Positions 1 through 8,468 of a stretch of DNA of 23,274 bases are shown piece after piece. A program made the translations under genes and the position numbers. Origin of the DNA: Candidatus Iainarchaeum sp. (GTDB taxonomy: Archaea; B1Sed10-29; WALL01); the NCBI GenBank assembly GCA_023129115.1, contig JAGMCR010000018.1:1-23274 (forward strand). Direction: 5' to 3'. Numbering within the stretch: position 1 is the stretch's first letter; each line of letters opens with the position of its first letter. Below the pieces are notes generated by a model. That model saw nothing but the letters and a program-made list of their open reading frames with translations, ran no database searches and was not told where the DNA came from.

Positions 1-50
1 TTCTTGCGGCGCGAGGCCTAAAACTCTTTTTAATGGATTAACCCCCCTCA

Positions 51-88
51 CGATTTTCCTTCGCTTTTTCTTCCGCCGTTTCGGCTTT
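51..88 (+). repeat. Direct repeat, copy 1 (about 38 bp; partner at 4310-4348)
   Basis: cgattttccttcgctttttcttccgccgtttcggcttt; the 27-nt core 62-88 is identical to 4322-4348. Confidence 0.9.
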
Positions 89-401
89 AGCCCATTTCAG
101 CAACCAGTTCGATTCCGTGCTTTTCTGGCCTTATTTTTAATTCCTTGCCCGCCTCCAAGTGATAGACCGAAACCAATTCCATTGGGAGGCGGACGGCAAT
201 GCTGTTCCCTGACTTGAAAACCTTGGCTGACAAGCCACGCTTCATGGCCTTGTTGAACTTGAGTATGTGCGCCACTTCATTGGCATTGAATACCTCTTCA
301 CCGCACTTTCCGCAGCGATAGCCCTTAACCATGAAGCCGCCTAGCCCTATGTCGTCGACCAACTTCATCGCCGCACCGCACTTGTGGCATTTATCCCTCA
401 T
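87..401 (-). CDS. Putative antitoxin/regulator: MqsA/YgiT-type zinc ribbon fused to an AbrB/MazE/SpoVT DNA-binding domain
   Basis: CHKCG...YRCGKCGEEVF zinc ribbon, then KVFKSGNSIAVRLP (AbrB/MazE signature); overlaps the upstream small ORF. Confidence 0.8.
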   Translation of the reverse strand: MRDKCHKCGAAMKLVDDIGLGGFMVKGYRCGKCGEEVFNANEVAHILKFNKAMKRGLSAKVFKSGNSIAVRLPMELVSVYHLEAGKELKIRPEKHGIELVAEMG

Positions 402-651
402 GCATCAACCTCATTTTCTTTTTTGTTTTTGTGAAGCGGCCGACATGCACCACACGCCAAGCATTCCCAACGTCGACAACAACGACATTGTAAATGTGTT
501 TCCCGTGCACAAGCCACTTTTCAACCACGCCCTCTTTTCTCCTTCTTACGGGCTTTCCGAACTCGAGGACGTCAACAACGTCATCGACGTCAAGAGCAAG
601 CTGCAGCAGTTCCACGGCCGCGCTCCTCGCCAACTGCAATGGCTTATCCTT
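391..651 (-). CDS. Putative toxin, DUF4258/RelE-BrnT-like fold; start codon uncertain
   Basis: Small basic ORF (AAVELLQLALDVDDVVDVLEFGK...YNVVVVD...WRVVHVGRF) directly upstream of the Zn-ribbon/AbrB gene; the ORF-track start at 696 runs through the apparent promoter. Confidence 0.55.
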   Translation of the reverse strand, partial: KDKPLQLARSAAVELLQLALDVDDVVDVLEFGKPVRRRKEGVVEKWLVHGKHIYNVVVVDVGNAWRVVHVGRFTKTKKKMRLMHEG

Positions 652-690
652 GTATATACTTTTATGTATATACATATATTTAAGTTTGTC
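652..690 (-). promoter_or_regulatory. TATA box and tandem palindromic operator of the TA-like pair
   Basis: TTAAATAT on the minus strand (683-676), then two GTATATAC palindromes (666-673, 652-659). Confidence 0.65.
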
Positions 691-801
691 GGTCATCTCC
701 CCACCCCCCCTTTAGCAGCATATCTTGCTGTTTTCGCATATTTAAGGATAATGCTTTATAAATGGCCCGATTTAAGTCCAAGCAGCGCCACATTCACTTG
801 A

Positions 802-3800
802 TTAAATCCTCTTTTCCCGCAGCCGCTTGTGCATTTCCTTGAGGTCATTGAGCTTGGCGAACCATCCCTGCCTGCGGCCGCCGAGGTCCTGGTAGCACTC
901 GTCTTCGTCGGGCTCTTTTGACCCCTTCTTTGGGACGGTCTTCTGCATTTTCGCGAACCCCTGCTTCTTTATCGACTTGTTCAGGTCTTTGATGTATTTG
1001 ATTTGGTCATTGCTCAGCGAGTGCAGGAACAGATTCTTGTTGTTGTGCACTGCAGTGGCTATCAGCGCGCGAATCCATGTCTCGCCCGTGGGGTGGGCAA
1101 GGCTGGTGTAGACTCCAAGTTCGTTGATGTGGCTTAGGGTGCCCCTGCCTCTGAGCTGGGTCATCTGTACTCTTGTCCTCTGCCCCTCATTGCTCTCAAG
1201 CGTTAGGATTGGCATTGCGTTTTCTGTGGCATTGACTTTGGCGTTTTCCTTGTACTCCCCCTCGGTGATTCTCAGGCACGAGCCGAGCGATGCATGGTTC
1301 CTGTCCAGCCCGAGGAATAGGCGATCCAGCCCCCTTAGCTTGTGCAGCGTTACCCCGACATCGCCCTTACCAACGTTCGTCTTTAGGTCAGAGAGCATTT
1401 TTGTTGTGTCCACGGCTTCGCCCAAACTCCTTTCAATGCCCTCGCTCCTTAGAGAACCCGACCGCCTTTTAATTCCCTTCAAGTGGTCCCTAATGCTTTC
1501 GAGGTCAGTGCCCGTCTTGATTCCTCCTTTAACAGCTTCCTTGAGGCCGTTGACGTGCCCTCTGAGCACTGTTCGCACGCTCTCCTTGCCGATTTTTTTC
1601 AGTTTTGATTCATCGCAGCCCGTTAGAACAAAGTCTATGTGGCCTTGCAGTGCCTTTGCTTGTGAGTCGAACGCCTCCTTGTTGAACCCCCCGCCACTCA
1701 GCGTTTCCTCGAAGTCAGGAACCTCAATTTCGGTGCCCTTGCCCTTGTTGTGCCCCAGGTTATTGATGAACTCTTCTGCCGCGTCCTCGCCGCCCTTAAG
1801 GTGAGCGGAAACAAGGCCTTTCGTGACGTCGTCGCCTTCCTCCCGGTGGTAGGCATACGTTAGCATTAGGTGGGTGTCAATGTCCTCTGTGTCGACGCCG
1901 AACTCCTTCCTGAACTCTGCCTTCTGCTTTTCCTTGGCCAGCCATGCTGCTTTCTTGCTCTTCGCAATCTTGTGGAATACAGCATAGTCCTTCTCGTCTT
2001 TCGGGAGGCGGTGGAAGGCAACCATGTCGCCGACCCCTTCCTTGCCCTCGTGCTCCTTCGCCTGCTCGAACCTCCTCAGCACGTTCTTGGAGCGGAACCC
2101 AACGATTGTGTCCAGCATCTCTTCCGCGCTCTTCCCTTCCACGTCCTTCTGTTTGAACCTCTTTGTGAGCTCCGCCCTCAGTGCCTCCTCGTCGGTTTCC
2201 ACGCCATGCTCTTCCCTCGCTTTTTCCACGAGCTTTTTCTTGAGCTCTTCCGCCATTCTCTTGACGTCGCTCTTCTTCTTCGGGATGACGTTGTTGGCGA
2301 TGCAGAACGCCAACAATGGCTTGTCTTTCTCCTTGAGCTTCGTGTGCAGGTCAAACTCCTTTGCTTTGGGCATCTTCATGTCCATCTGGGCCAGTTTGTA
2401 CCTCTCCTTGAACTCTTCCCAGAGCACGCTCCGGAAAAGCTCCCTGTCAGTCTTGTTGTTGGCGTCCGTCGCGGCTGTCTCGGGGATAAAGTCTTCGCTG
2501 TGCTCGAGCACGTCATACATGTTGTCAATGAAGTGGATTTCCTTTTCTGACTTCAGCACCTGTCCCGCGAAATCCGGGTCTACACTCCACTCCAGCAGGG
2601 CAGGCAGGGAGTCCTCTATGAATTTCTCAATCTTTTTGCCGGGGTACACCTCCATTATCTTGTGCGCTGCCCGCACCATGCGCTCCATGTCCTCAGGAGT
2701 CTTTGACTCGTAAGCTGCAGGCCGCAAGATATACTCGCCGAAGCCCTCTGTGCCAAGGGTTTCTGGCATCTCCCGCGTGAGCCTGTGCGCGGCTTCGCCC
2801 CACTCAGCCATCTGGGCGAGCCTTTTCTTTGCGTCCTTCACCCCCTTGAGCTTGTCCTCCATGACTATGGGGAGGAACTTCCTGCAAAAAGCGTTTATGT
2901 CGCCCCCTTTCGGGTGGTCTTGTATGAGCTTGTTCAATGCTACTACTTCTTCCACGCTTCTTGCTTTGTCTATGAGCTTTGGCATGCCAGCCCATACCAA
3001 TCGGTCCAGGTCCGCGTTTTTCGCGTTTTTTGGGTAGCTGCTCACGGTCTTGTTCACCGCCTCACCCATTGCCCTAAGTTCTTCTGCGTTGTTCGCTTTC
3101 CCGAGCATGGCACTGAGCGTGTATCCTATAAAGTGTTCTTGGGTGTTGGGGTCCTGGTACTTCCTTATGAGTTGGTACGCTGTCTTTCCCAACTCCCTTA
3201 TCTCTTCCGCGTTTTTTGCTGTTTTGGCTATATCTTTTAGGCACGCTGCAACGAACTCTTCCATGTACCCCTCCTTTGGATGGGTTCGTATGAGCTTGTC
3301 CACTTCCATGAGTTCTTCTGGTGTCGTCGTGTTTTTCATCACGTCCAAGAGGATGTCATTGAAGTCGCCTGTAGTCACGAGTCTTGTTTTCGTATAGGTC
3401 TGTATGATTTGGCTTGCTGCCCTTATTCTTTCCGTGCCGTTCGCTGCTTCGAGCATGTCTGGGAGAATCCCCTCTACAAAGCCACCTATGTCCCATTCCC
3501 TTGGGTAATCTCTTATGGCATCGCTCATTGCCCGCAGTTCTTCCACAGTCTTTGGCTTGTTGAGTATCTCTGTTGGAGTAAGTCGCATGAAGTGGTCTAC
3601 TGAGTCTATGATTCCTTCCGCATCTCTCTTGAACTCGGGGGCGGCTTGCGTGAGCTTCTTCCGGTACGTTTGTATGGCTTGGTTTATCGCGTGCAGCTCT
3701 TCCGGCGTCCTTGCCGCATCGATTATTTTCGGGAGAATATTCTCTCTTCGGTAGTAGAAGGCCTCCGGGGGGTGGTCAAGCACGAGCTGGTCGACCGCCT

Positions 3801-4266
3801 TGCCGAAGTCCAGCACTTCTTTCGCGTTCCCGGATTTTTCCAGTATTTCCGGAAGGGCTGTGTCTGCGAAGAAGCTCCCCGTACTTACCAAGAAATCCCC
3901 CTCATCTTGTGCAGCCGTGCTCACTATCTTCGCGTGCTTTGCGTACTCTTTTATGACCTGGTTCGCTGCACGTATCGCTGCTGCGTCCTTCGCGTTGATG
4001 ATTATGTCGCGGAAGACAGCTAGAGGGAAGGGTTCATCTGGGTCTTCGGGCACTGGGTAATCCGCCACCATCTGCTTTACTGCGCTGAAGAACTCCTCGT
4101 CCTCCAGCTTCTTCATTATCCTTCTCTTTTTGCCGAACAAGCCGATGAAGTTTTCTTCAACGAATTCCTTTACCAGCTTCCTCGGCACCTTCCCAAGAAG
4201 CTGTTTCCCCCGCGCCTTCTTCTTTGTTACACGGGTTTTCGCTTTTACCCCGCCCTTTTTCCCCAT
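802..4266 (-). CDS. Large orphan protein (about 1154 aa) with alpha-helical repeats of about 35-40 aa
   Basis: Long ORF; ATG at 4266 (MGKKGG) lies 32 nt from a TTTATAT box starting at 4298; recurrent F-x4-LP-x-hh-x2-A-x-[TN]-x-EEL-x-A...I-x2-[YH]P pattern. Confidence 0.85.
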   Translation of the reverse strand: MGKKGGVKAKTRVTKKKARGKQLLGKVPRKLVKEFVEENFIGLFGKKRRIMKKLEDEEFFSAVKQMVADYPVPEDPDEPFPLAVFRDIIINAKDAAAIRAANQVIKEYAKHAKIVSTAAQDEGDFLVSTGSFFADTALPEILEKSGNAKEVLDFGKAVDQLVLDHPPEAFYYRRENILPKIIDAARTPEELHAINQAIQTYRKKLTQAAPEFKRDAEGIIDSVDHFMRLTPTEILNKPKTVEELRAMSDAIRDYPREWDIGGFVEGILPDMLEAANGTERIRAASQIIQTYTKTRLVTTGDFNDILLDVMKNTTTPEELMEVDKLIRTHPKEGYMEEFVAACLKDIAKTAKNAEEIRELGKTAYQLIRKYQDPNTQEHFIGYTLSAMLGKANNAEELRAMGEAVNKTVSSYPKNAKNADLDRLVWAGMPKLIDKARSVEEVVALNKLIQDHPKGGDINAFCRKFLPIVMEDKLKGVKDAKKRLAQMAEWGEAAHRLTREMPETLGTEGFGEYILRPAAYESKTPEDMERMVRAAHKIMEVYPGKKIEKFIEDSLPALLEWSVDPDFAGQVLKSEKEIHFIDNMYDVLEHSEDFIPETAATDANNKTDRELFRSVLWEEFKERYKLAQMDMKMPKAKEFDLHTKLKEKDKPLLAFCIANNVIPKKKSDVKRMAEELKKKLVEKAREEHGVETDEEALRAELTKRFKQKDVEGKSAEEMLDTIVGFRSKNVLRRFEQAKEHEGKEGVGDMVAFHRLPKDEKDYAVFHKIAKSKKAAWLAKEKQKAEFRKEFGVDTEDIDTHLMLTYAYHREEGDDVTKGLVSAHLKGGEDAAEEFINNLGHNKGKGTEIEVPDFEETLSGGGFNKEAFDSQAKALQGHIDFVLTGCDESKLKKIGKESVRTVLRGHVNGLKEAVKGGIKTGTDLESIRDHLKGIKRRSGSLRSEGIERSLGEAVDTTKMLSDLKTNVGKGDVGVTLHKLRGLDRLFLGLDRNHASLGSCLRITEGEYKENAKVNATENAMPILTLESNEGQRTRVQMTQLRGRGTLSHINELGVYTSLAHPTGETWIRALIATAVHNNKNLFLHSLSNDQIKYIKDLNKSIKKQGFAKMQKTVPKKGSKEPDEDECYQDLGGRRQGWFAKLNDLKEMHKRLREKRI

Positions 4267-4309
4267 TGTAAGCAATTATGTTTTATCCGGAATATAAATC
4301 CACCTCCCG

Positions 4310-4348
4310 CGATTTTTCCTACGCTTTTTCTTCCGCCGTTTCGGCTTT
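4310..4348 (+). repeat. Direct repeat, copy 2; continues into an imperfect hairpin (4335-4393)
   Basis: cgatttttcctacgctttttcttccgccgtttcggcttt matches 51-88. Confidence 0.9.
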
Positions 4349-4515
4349 CTTAAGAATTTTCGCCTGCGGCTAAAATCCTAAGAGCCGAAAGGCTACAGAC
4401 ACGCTCCGTAAAAATTGCTTTGGAGGCCGTAAAAAATGAATGTCAAAACATACAGGCTTTGCCAAAACTCAAAAAGAAGACCCTTACAAACGGCTCCAGA
4501 AAGGGAGATTCCACG

Positions 4516-4546
4516 AAAACCTTTATAAACGGACCCATTCAGAATA
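4516..4546 (+). promoter_or_regulatory. BRE/TATA promoter of the infB operon
   Basis: aaaacctttataaacggacccattcagaata; 28/31 identical to the rps15 promoter at 15160-15190. Confidence 0.8.
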
Positions 4547-4620
4547 GTCTCCACCGTCCTCGGGGCAGGGCTGATTAAGTTCCCACCAAAGCCGCTGAGG
4601 GACAACGGAATTTTACACCG

Positions 4621-6426
4621 GTGATAAACACGATTAGACAACCGATTATCGTGGTCCTTGGACATTGATTGCAGCTCCGGCTACAATCGACCAAAAATGT
4701 TGACCACGGGAAAACGACGTTGTTAGATAAAATTAGGGACAGCGCTATAGCCACAGGAGAACCAGGAGCAATCACCCAGTCAATAGGCGCAAGCGTAATA
4801 CCAAAAAAAACCATCGAAGAAATCTGTGGAAAACAACTAGGGAAAATGGGTATTAAGTTAACAATCCCTGGGTTGCTCATAATCGATTCGCCTGGCCACG
4901 AGGCGTTCACCACCCTGCGGAAGAGGGGGGGAAGCATCGCGGATTTTGCGGTGCTGCTTGTGGATATTAACGAGGGGCTGCAGCCGCAGACACTGGAGAG
5001 CATGGAAATACTCAAGAGCTACAAGGTGCCGTTTGTTGTGGCGGCTAATAAGATTGACCGGTTGGAGGGGTGGTACACCGAAAAGGAGAACGCTCCCTTC
5101 CTCGAGACGATACAGCGGCAGAAGGACGACGTCAAGGAAAGGCTGGACAAAAAGATTTACGAGCTCGTCGGGGCATTGCACGAAAACGGTGGGTACAGTT
5201 CCGAGAGGTTCGACCGGGTTGACGACTTCACGCAGCAGGTCGTGATTGTGCCGACCAGCGGCAAGACAGGCGAGGGGATTCCAGAGCTATTGCTGTTCAT
5301 CGCCGGATTGACGCAGAAGTACATGGAGGACAAGCTCAAGACCGGCGACAAGCCAGCCAGGGGCACTGTTCTTGAAGTGAAGGAAGTCCAGGGGTTGGGG
5401 ACTACTATTGACGCGATTATTTACGACGGGGTATTGAGCGTCGGGGACACGATTGTGGTCGGCGGCAAGAACGGGCCGATTACCACAAAAGTGAGGGCGC
5501 TGCTCGAGCCGAAGCCATTACAGGAGATAAGGGACCCCAAGAAAAAGTTCGAGCACGTGCAGAGCGTGGTTGCGTCCGCAGGCGTGAAAATCAATGCGCC
5601 CGACCTGGACGAGGCAATGGCCGGGAGCACAGTCATGGTCGCGGAAGAACTCGAGGCTGCCCAGCAGAGCATCGCGGAAGAGCTCGAGGACGTCACGATA
5701 CGCAAGGAGAGCACTGGCGTCGTCGTCAAGACCGACTCGATTGGCTCGCTCGAGGCGATTGTGCGGCTGTTAGAAAAGCGCGGCATACCGCTGAAGAGCG
5801 CAGCCGTTGGGAACGTCACGAGGAAGGATGTTCTCGAGGCAGAGGCAGTGCACGGCAAGGACAGGTATTTGGGAGTGGTGTTCGCGTTCAACACGCCGGT
5901 CTTGAAAGAGGCTGAGGGAGAGGCGCTGGAGGCGGGGGTCACTGTCTTCGAGAGCCCGGTGGTCTACAAGCTTATTGAGGAGTACGACAAGTGGCATGGG
6001 AAGGAAAGGGAAGTTGAGAAAGAAGAGGCGCTGAAGAACTCACACTACCCCGTCAAGCTCGAGCTGCTGCCGGGCTACGTGTTCCGGTCCAGCAAGCCCG
6101 CCATAATCGGCGTGGAAATCGTGGACGGGATACTCAAGGTGCCGTGCCCACTCATGAACGAGCACGGCAAAAGGTGCGGGCGGGTGAAGGAGATACAGAA
6201 GGACAAGGAAAACGTCCAGACGGCAGAGGCCGGCGAGCGGGTGTCGATTTCGGTCACCGGCATAACCATCGGGAGGCAAGTCAACGAGGGCGACGTGCTC
6301 CTGACTAACATTCCTCTAAAGGAAATCCCCAGGCTGATGAACGAGGTAAAGCACGCTTCATTGCTTGCGGAAATAAAAAAGATAAAGAAAGAACGTAAAG
6401 AACCAACTTCAATCAAAGAGGTGTAG
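4621..6426 (+). CDS. infB: Translation initiation factor aIF5B (IF-2); predicted join(4621..4663,4697..6426), about 590 aa
   Basis: IRQPIIVVLGH + [53 protein letters not shown]; canonical position upstream of rps6e; exact start codon uncertain. Confidence 0.95.
4664..4696 (+). other. Candidate 33-nt BHB/BHL-type mRNA intron in infB
   Basis: In-frame TGA at 4666; central helix TTGG(4658-61)/CCAA(4691-94); bulges AC^A and AA^A; intron stem TTGATTG/CAATCGA; removal gives CTT GGA CAT GTT GAC CAC (LGHVDH). Confidence 0.8.
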
Positions 6427-6428
6427 AA

Positions 6429-6941
6429 ATGAAGATTGTAGTGTCAAACCCAACTGACGGGAAGAGCTACCAGAAAGAGCTTGAGTCCAACCAGGACAAG
6501 ATGCTCTACGGGAAAAAGATTGGGGACGCCATCAAGGGGGACACGCTCGGCATGGGCGGGTACGAGCTTGAGCTTACCGGCGGCTCCGACAAGCAGGGAT
6601 TCCCGATGAGGGTGGACTTCCACGGCACGAGCCGCAAGAGGCTCCTGCTCTCTACCGGGCCGGGGTACAAGGCCAAAAGGAAGGGCGAGCGCAGGCGCAA
6701 GAACATCCGCGGAAACACCGTGGCCGAGGACATCGCACAGGTGAACCTCAAGGTCGTAGCCAAGGGGAAGGACCCACTGGAAAAGCTCCTTGGAAAGAAG
6801 GAAGAGGCTGCTCCCGGAAAGAAGGAAGAAAAGGCAAAAGAGAAAAAGGAAGAAAAGCCAAAGGCTGAGGAAAAAAAGCCCGAGAAGAAGGAAGAGGCCC
6901 CAAAGGCTGAAGAAAAGAAGGCCACGGAGAAGAAAGAATGA
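6429..6941 (+). CDS. rps6e: 30S ribosomal protein S6e with K/E-rich C-terminal tail
   Basis: [32 protein letters not shown]. Confidence 0.96.
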   Translation: MKIVVSNPTDGKSYQKELESNQDKMLYGKKIGDAIKGDTLGMGGYELELTGGSDKQGFPMRVDFHGTSRKRLLLSTGPGYKAKRKGERRRKNIRGNTVAEDIAQVNLKVVAKGKDPLEKLLGKKEEAAPGKKEEKAKEKKEEKPKAEEKKPEKKEEAPKAEEKKATEKKE

Positions 6942-8119
6942 GCCAGGCTGAAGTCAACATTGGTTTGGTGGGCCACGTAGACCACGGCAAGACCACGCTG
7001 GTCAAGGCACTCACCGGGAAATGGACCGACACGCACAGCGAAGAGCTCAAGCGCGGCATCACAATCCGGCTCGGCTACGCCGACGTCGAGATAAAGTGCT
7101 GCTGCGACCACGCCACGGCAAAAGAGGAGTGCCCAATCTGCGGCAAGAAAACGAAGGCGAAGAGGAAAGTCGCTTTCGTCGACGCGCCGGGGCACGAGAC
7201 CCTGATGGCGGTCATGATTTCCGGGTCGGCCATAATGGACGGCGCAATCCTCGTGATTGCAGCGAACGAGCAGTGCCCGCAGCCACAGACCTACGAGCAC
7301 TTGACTGCTTTGTCGGTCATGGGGATAAAGAACCTCATCGTGGTCCAAAACAAGATAGACCTCGTCAGCAGGGAAGATGCCCTCGAGAACTACAAGCAGA
7401 TAAAGGGGTTCCTCAAGGGCACGATTGCTGAGGGGGCGCCCGTGATTCCTGTCGCGGCGCACCACGGGATAAACCTTGACTCCTTGGCAGAGGCGATAGA
7501 GGAGTACATCCCGACACCCAAGCGCGACCCCAACAAGCCGGTGCTGATGTACGTGGCCAGGAGCTTCGACGTCAACAAGCCCGGGACCGACGTTGGCAAG
7601 ATTGTCGGCGGCGTGGTCGGCGGCAGCATCATCCAGGGAAAGCTCTCCATCGGCGACGAAATCGAGATACGGCCAGGGACCAGCCGCGACGACAAGTACT
7701 CCCCCATAAAGACCAAAGTCGTCGGGCTCAACACGTGCGGCAAAACCGTCAAGGACGCCATTCCCGGGGGGCTCATCGGGGTTGGGACCGAACTGGACCC
7801 GAGCCTGACCAAGACCGACCGGTTAGTGGGCAACATCGCCGGCGACCCTGCCGCGCTCCCGCCAGTGCGGAAGCAGCTGCAGATTACTGTCGAGATGATG
7901 GATCGCGCGGTCGGGATGGAGACAGTCGAGCCACTCAAGGAAAAGGAGCCGCTCGTGCTGAACGTCGGCACCGCAACGACCATCGGCGTCGTGACCAGCC
8001 TCAAGCCGGTCACGCTCACGCTGAAGCGGCCAGTTTGTGCCGCGGACGGCAGCAAAGTCGCAATCTCCCGAAGGGTCGGAAACCGGTGGAGGCTGGTGGG
8101 CTATGGCGAAATACAGTGA
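6938..8119 (+). CDS. eif2g: Translation initiation factor aIF2 gamma subunit
   Basis: [69 protein letters not shown]. Confidence 0.98.
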   Translation: MSQAEVNIGLVGHVDHGKTTLVKALTGKWTDTHSEELKRGITIRLGYADVEIKCCCDHATAKEECPICGKKTKAKRKVAFVDAPGHETLMAVMISGSAIMDGAILVIAANEQCPQPQTYEHLTALSVMGIKNLIVVQNKIDLVSREDALENYKQIKGFLKGTIAEGAPVIPVAAHHGINLDSLAEAIEEYIPTPKRDPNKPVLMYVARSFDVNKPGTDVGKIVGGVVGGSIIQGKLSIGDEIEIRPGTSRDDKYSPIKTKVVGLNTCGKTVKDAIPGGLIGVGTELDPSLTKTDRLVGNIAGDPAALPPVRKQLQITVEMMDRAVGMETVEPLKEKEPLVLNVGTATTIGVVTSLKPVTLTLKRPVCAADGSKVAISRRVGNRWRLVGYGEIQ

Positions 8120-8456
8120 GCTCCTGCTGGACACGAACTTCCTCGTCGAGGCGGAAAAGAGGAGAGTAATCGACAAGGCGAGGGAGCTTGTGCCGGGGGC
8201 CAAGCTGGTGACGCTGCAGGCCGTCGTAGACGAGCTCGAGGGGCACCCGGTGGCGCTGGAGCTGATAAAGGCGAACGGCGTCGAGGTCCTGCCGATAGGC
8301 GGGTACGCCGACAAGGCGATTGAGGACTACGCCGAAAAGGAAGGCGTGGCAGTCGCGACGAACGACAAGGCCCTCACCGAGAGGCTGAGGGGAAAAGGCA
8401 TCGGGGTCGTGTTCCCGACAAAGGCGGGATGCGACTTCGTTGGAGGAATAGCATAA
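8103..8456 (+). CDS. PIN-domain protein (Fcf1/Utp24-like)
   Basis: [23 protein letters not shown]; conserved position between eif2g and rpoE1; ATG at 8103. Confidence 0.88.
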   Translation: MAKYSELLLDTNFLVEAEKRRVIDKARELVPGAKLVTLQAVVDELEGHPVALELIKANGVEVLPIGGYADKAIEDYAEKEGVAVATNDKALTERLRGKGIGVVFPTKAGCDFVGGIA

Positions 8457-8468
8457 GGAGGGGCAATA

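Noticed and set aside
51-4348. Direct repeats as a CRISPR array or IS terminal repeats
   Set aside because: Only two copies, 4.3 kb apart and in direct orientation; no spacers, cas genes or transposase.
4666-4698. Insert read as a mini-intein or a selenocysteine/readthrough peptide (U-LQLRLQSTK-N)
   Set aside because: Eleven residues cannot form a HINT domain and the +1 residue is Val rather than Cys/Ser/Thr. Readthrough would leave an 11-aa insertion inside the P-loop. The BHB geometry explains the insert exactly.
4669-6426. ORF-track TTG start for infB, or infB as a pseudogene
   Set aside because: That start removes the first beta strand and the GH of the G1 motif. The conserved IRQPIIVVLGH exon is in frame upstream and the rest of the gene is intact.
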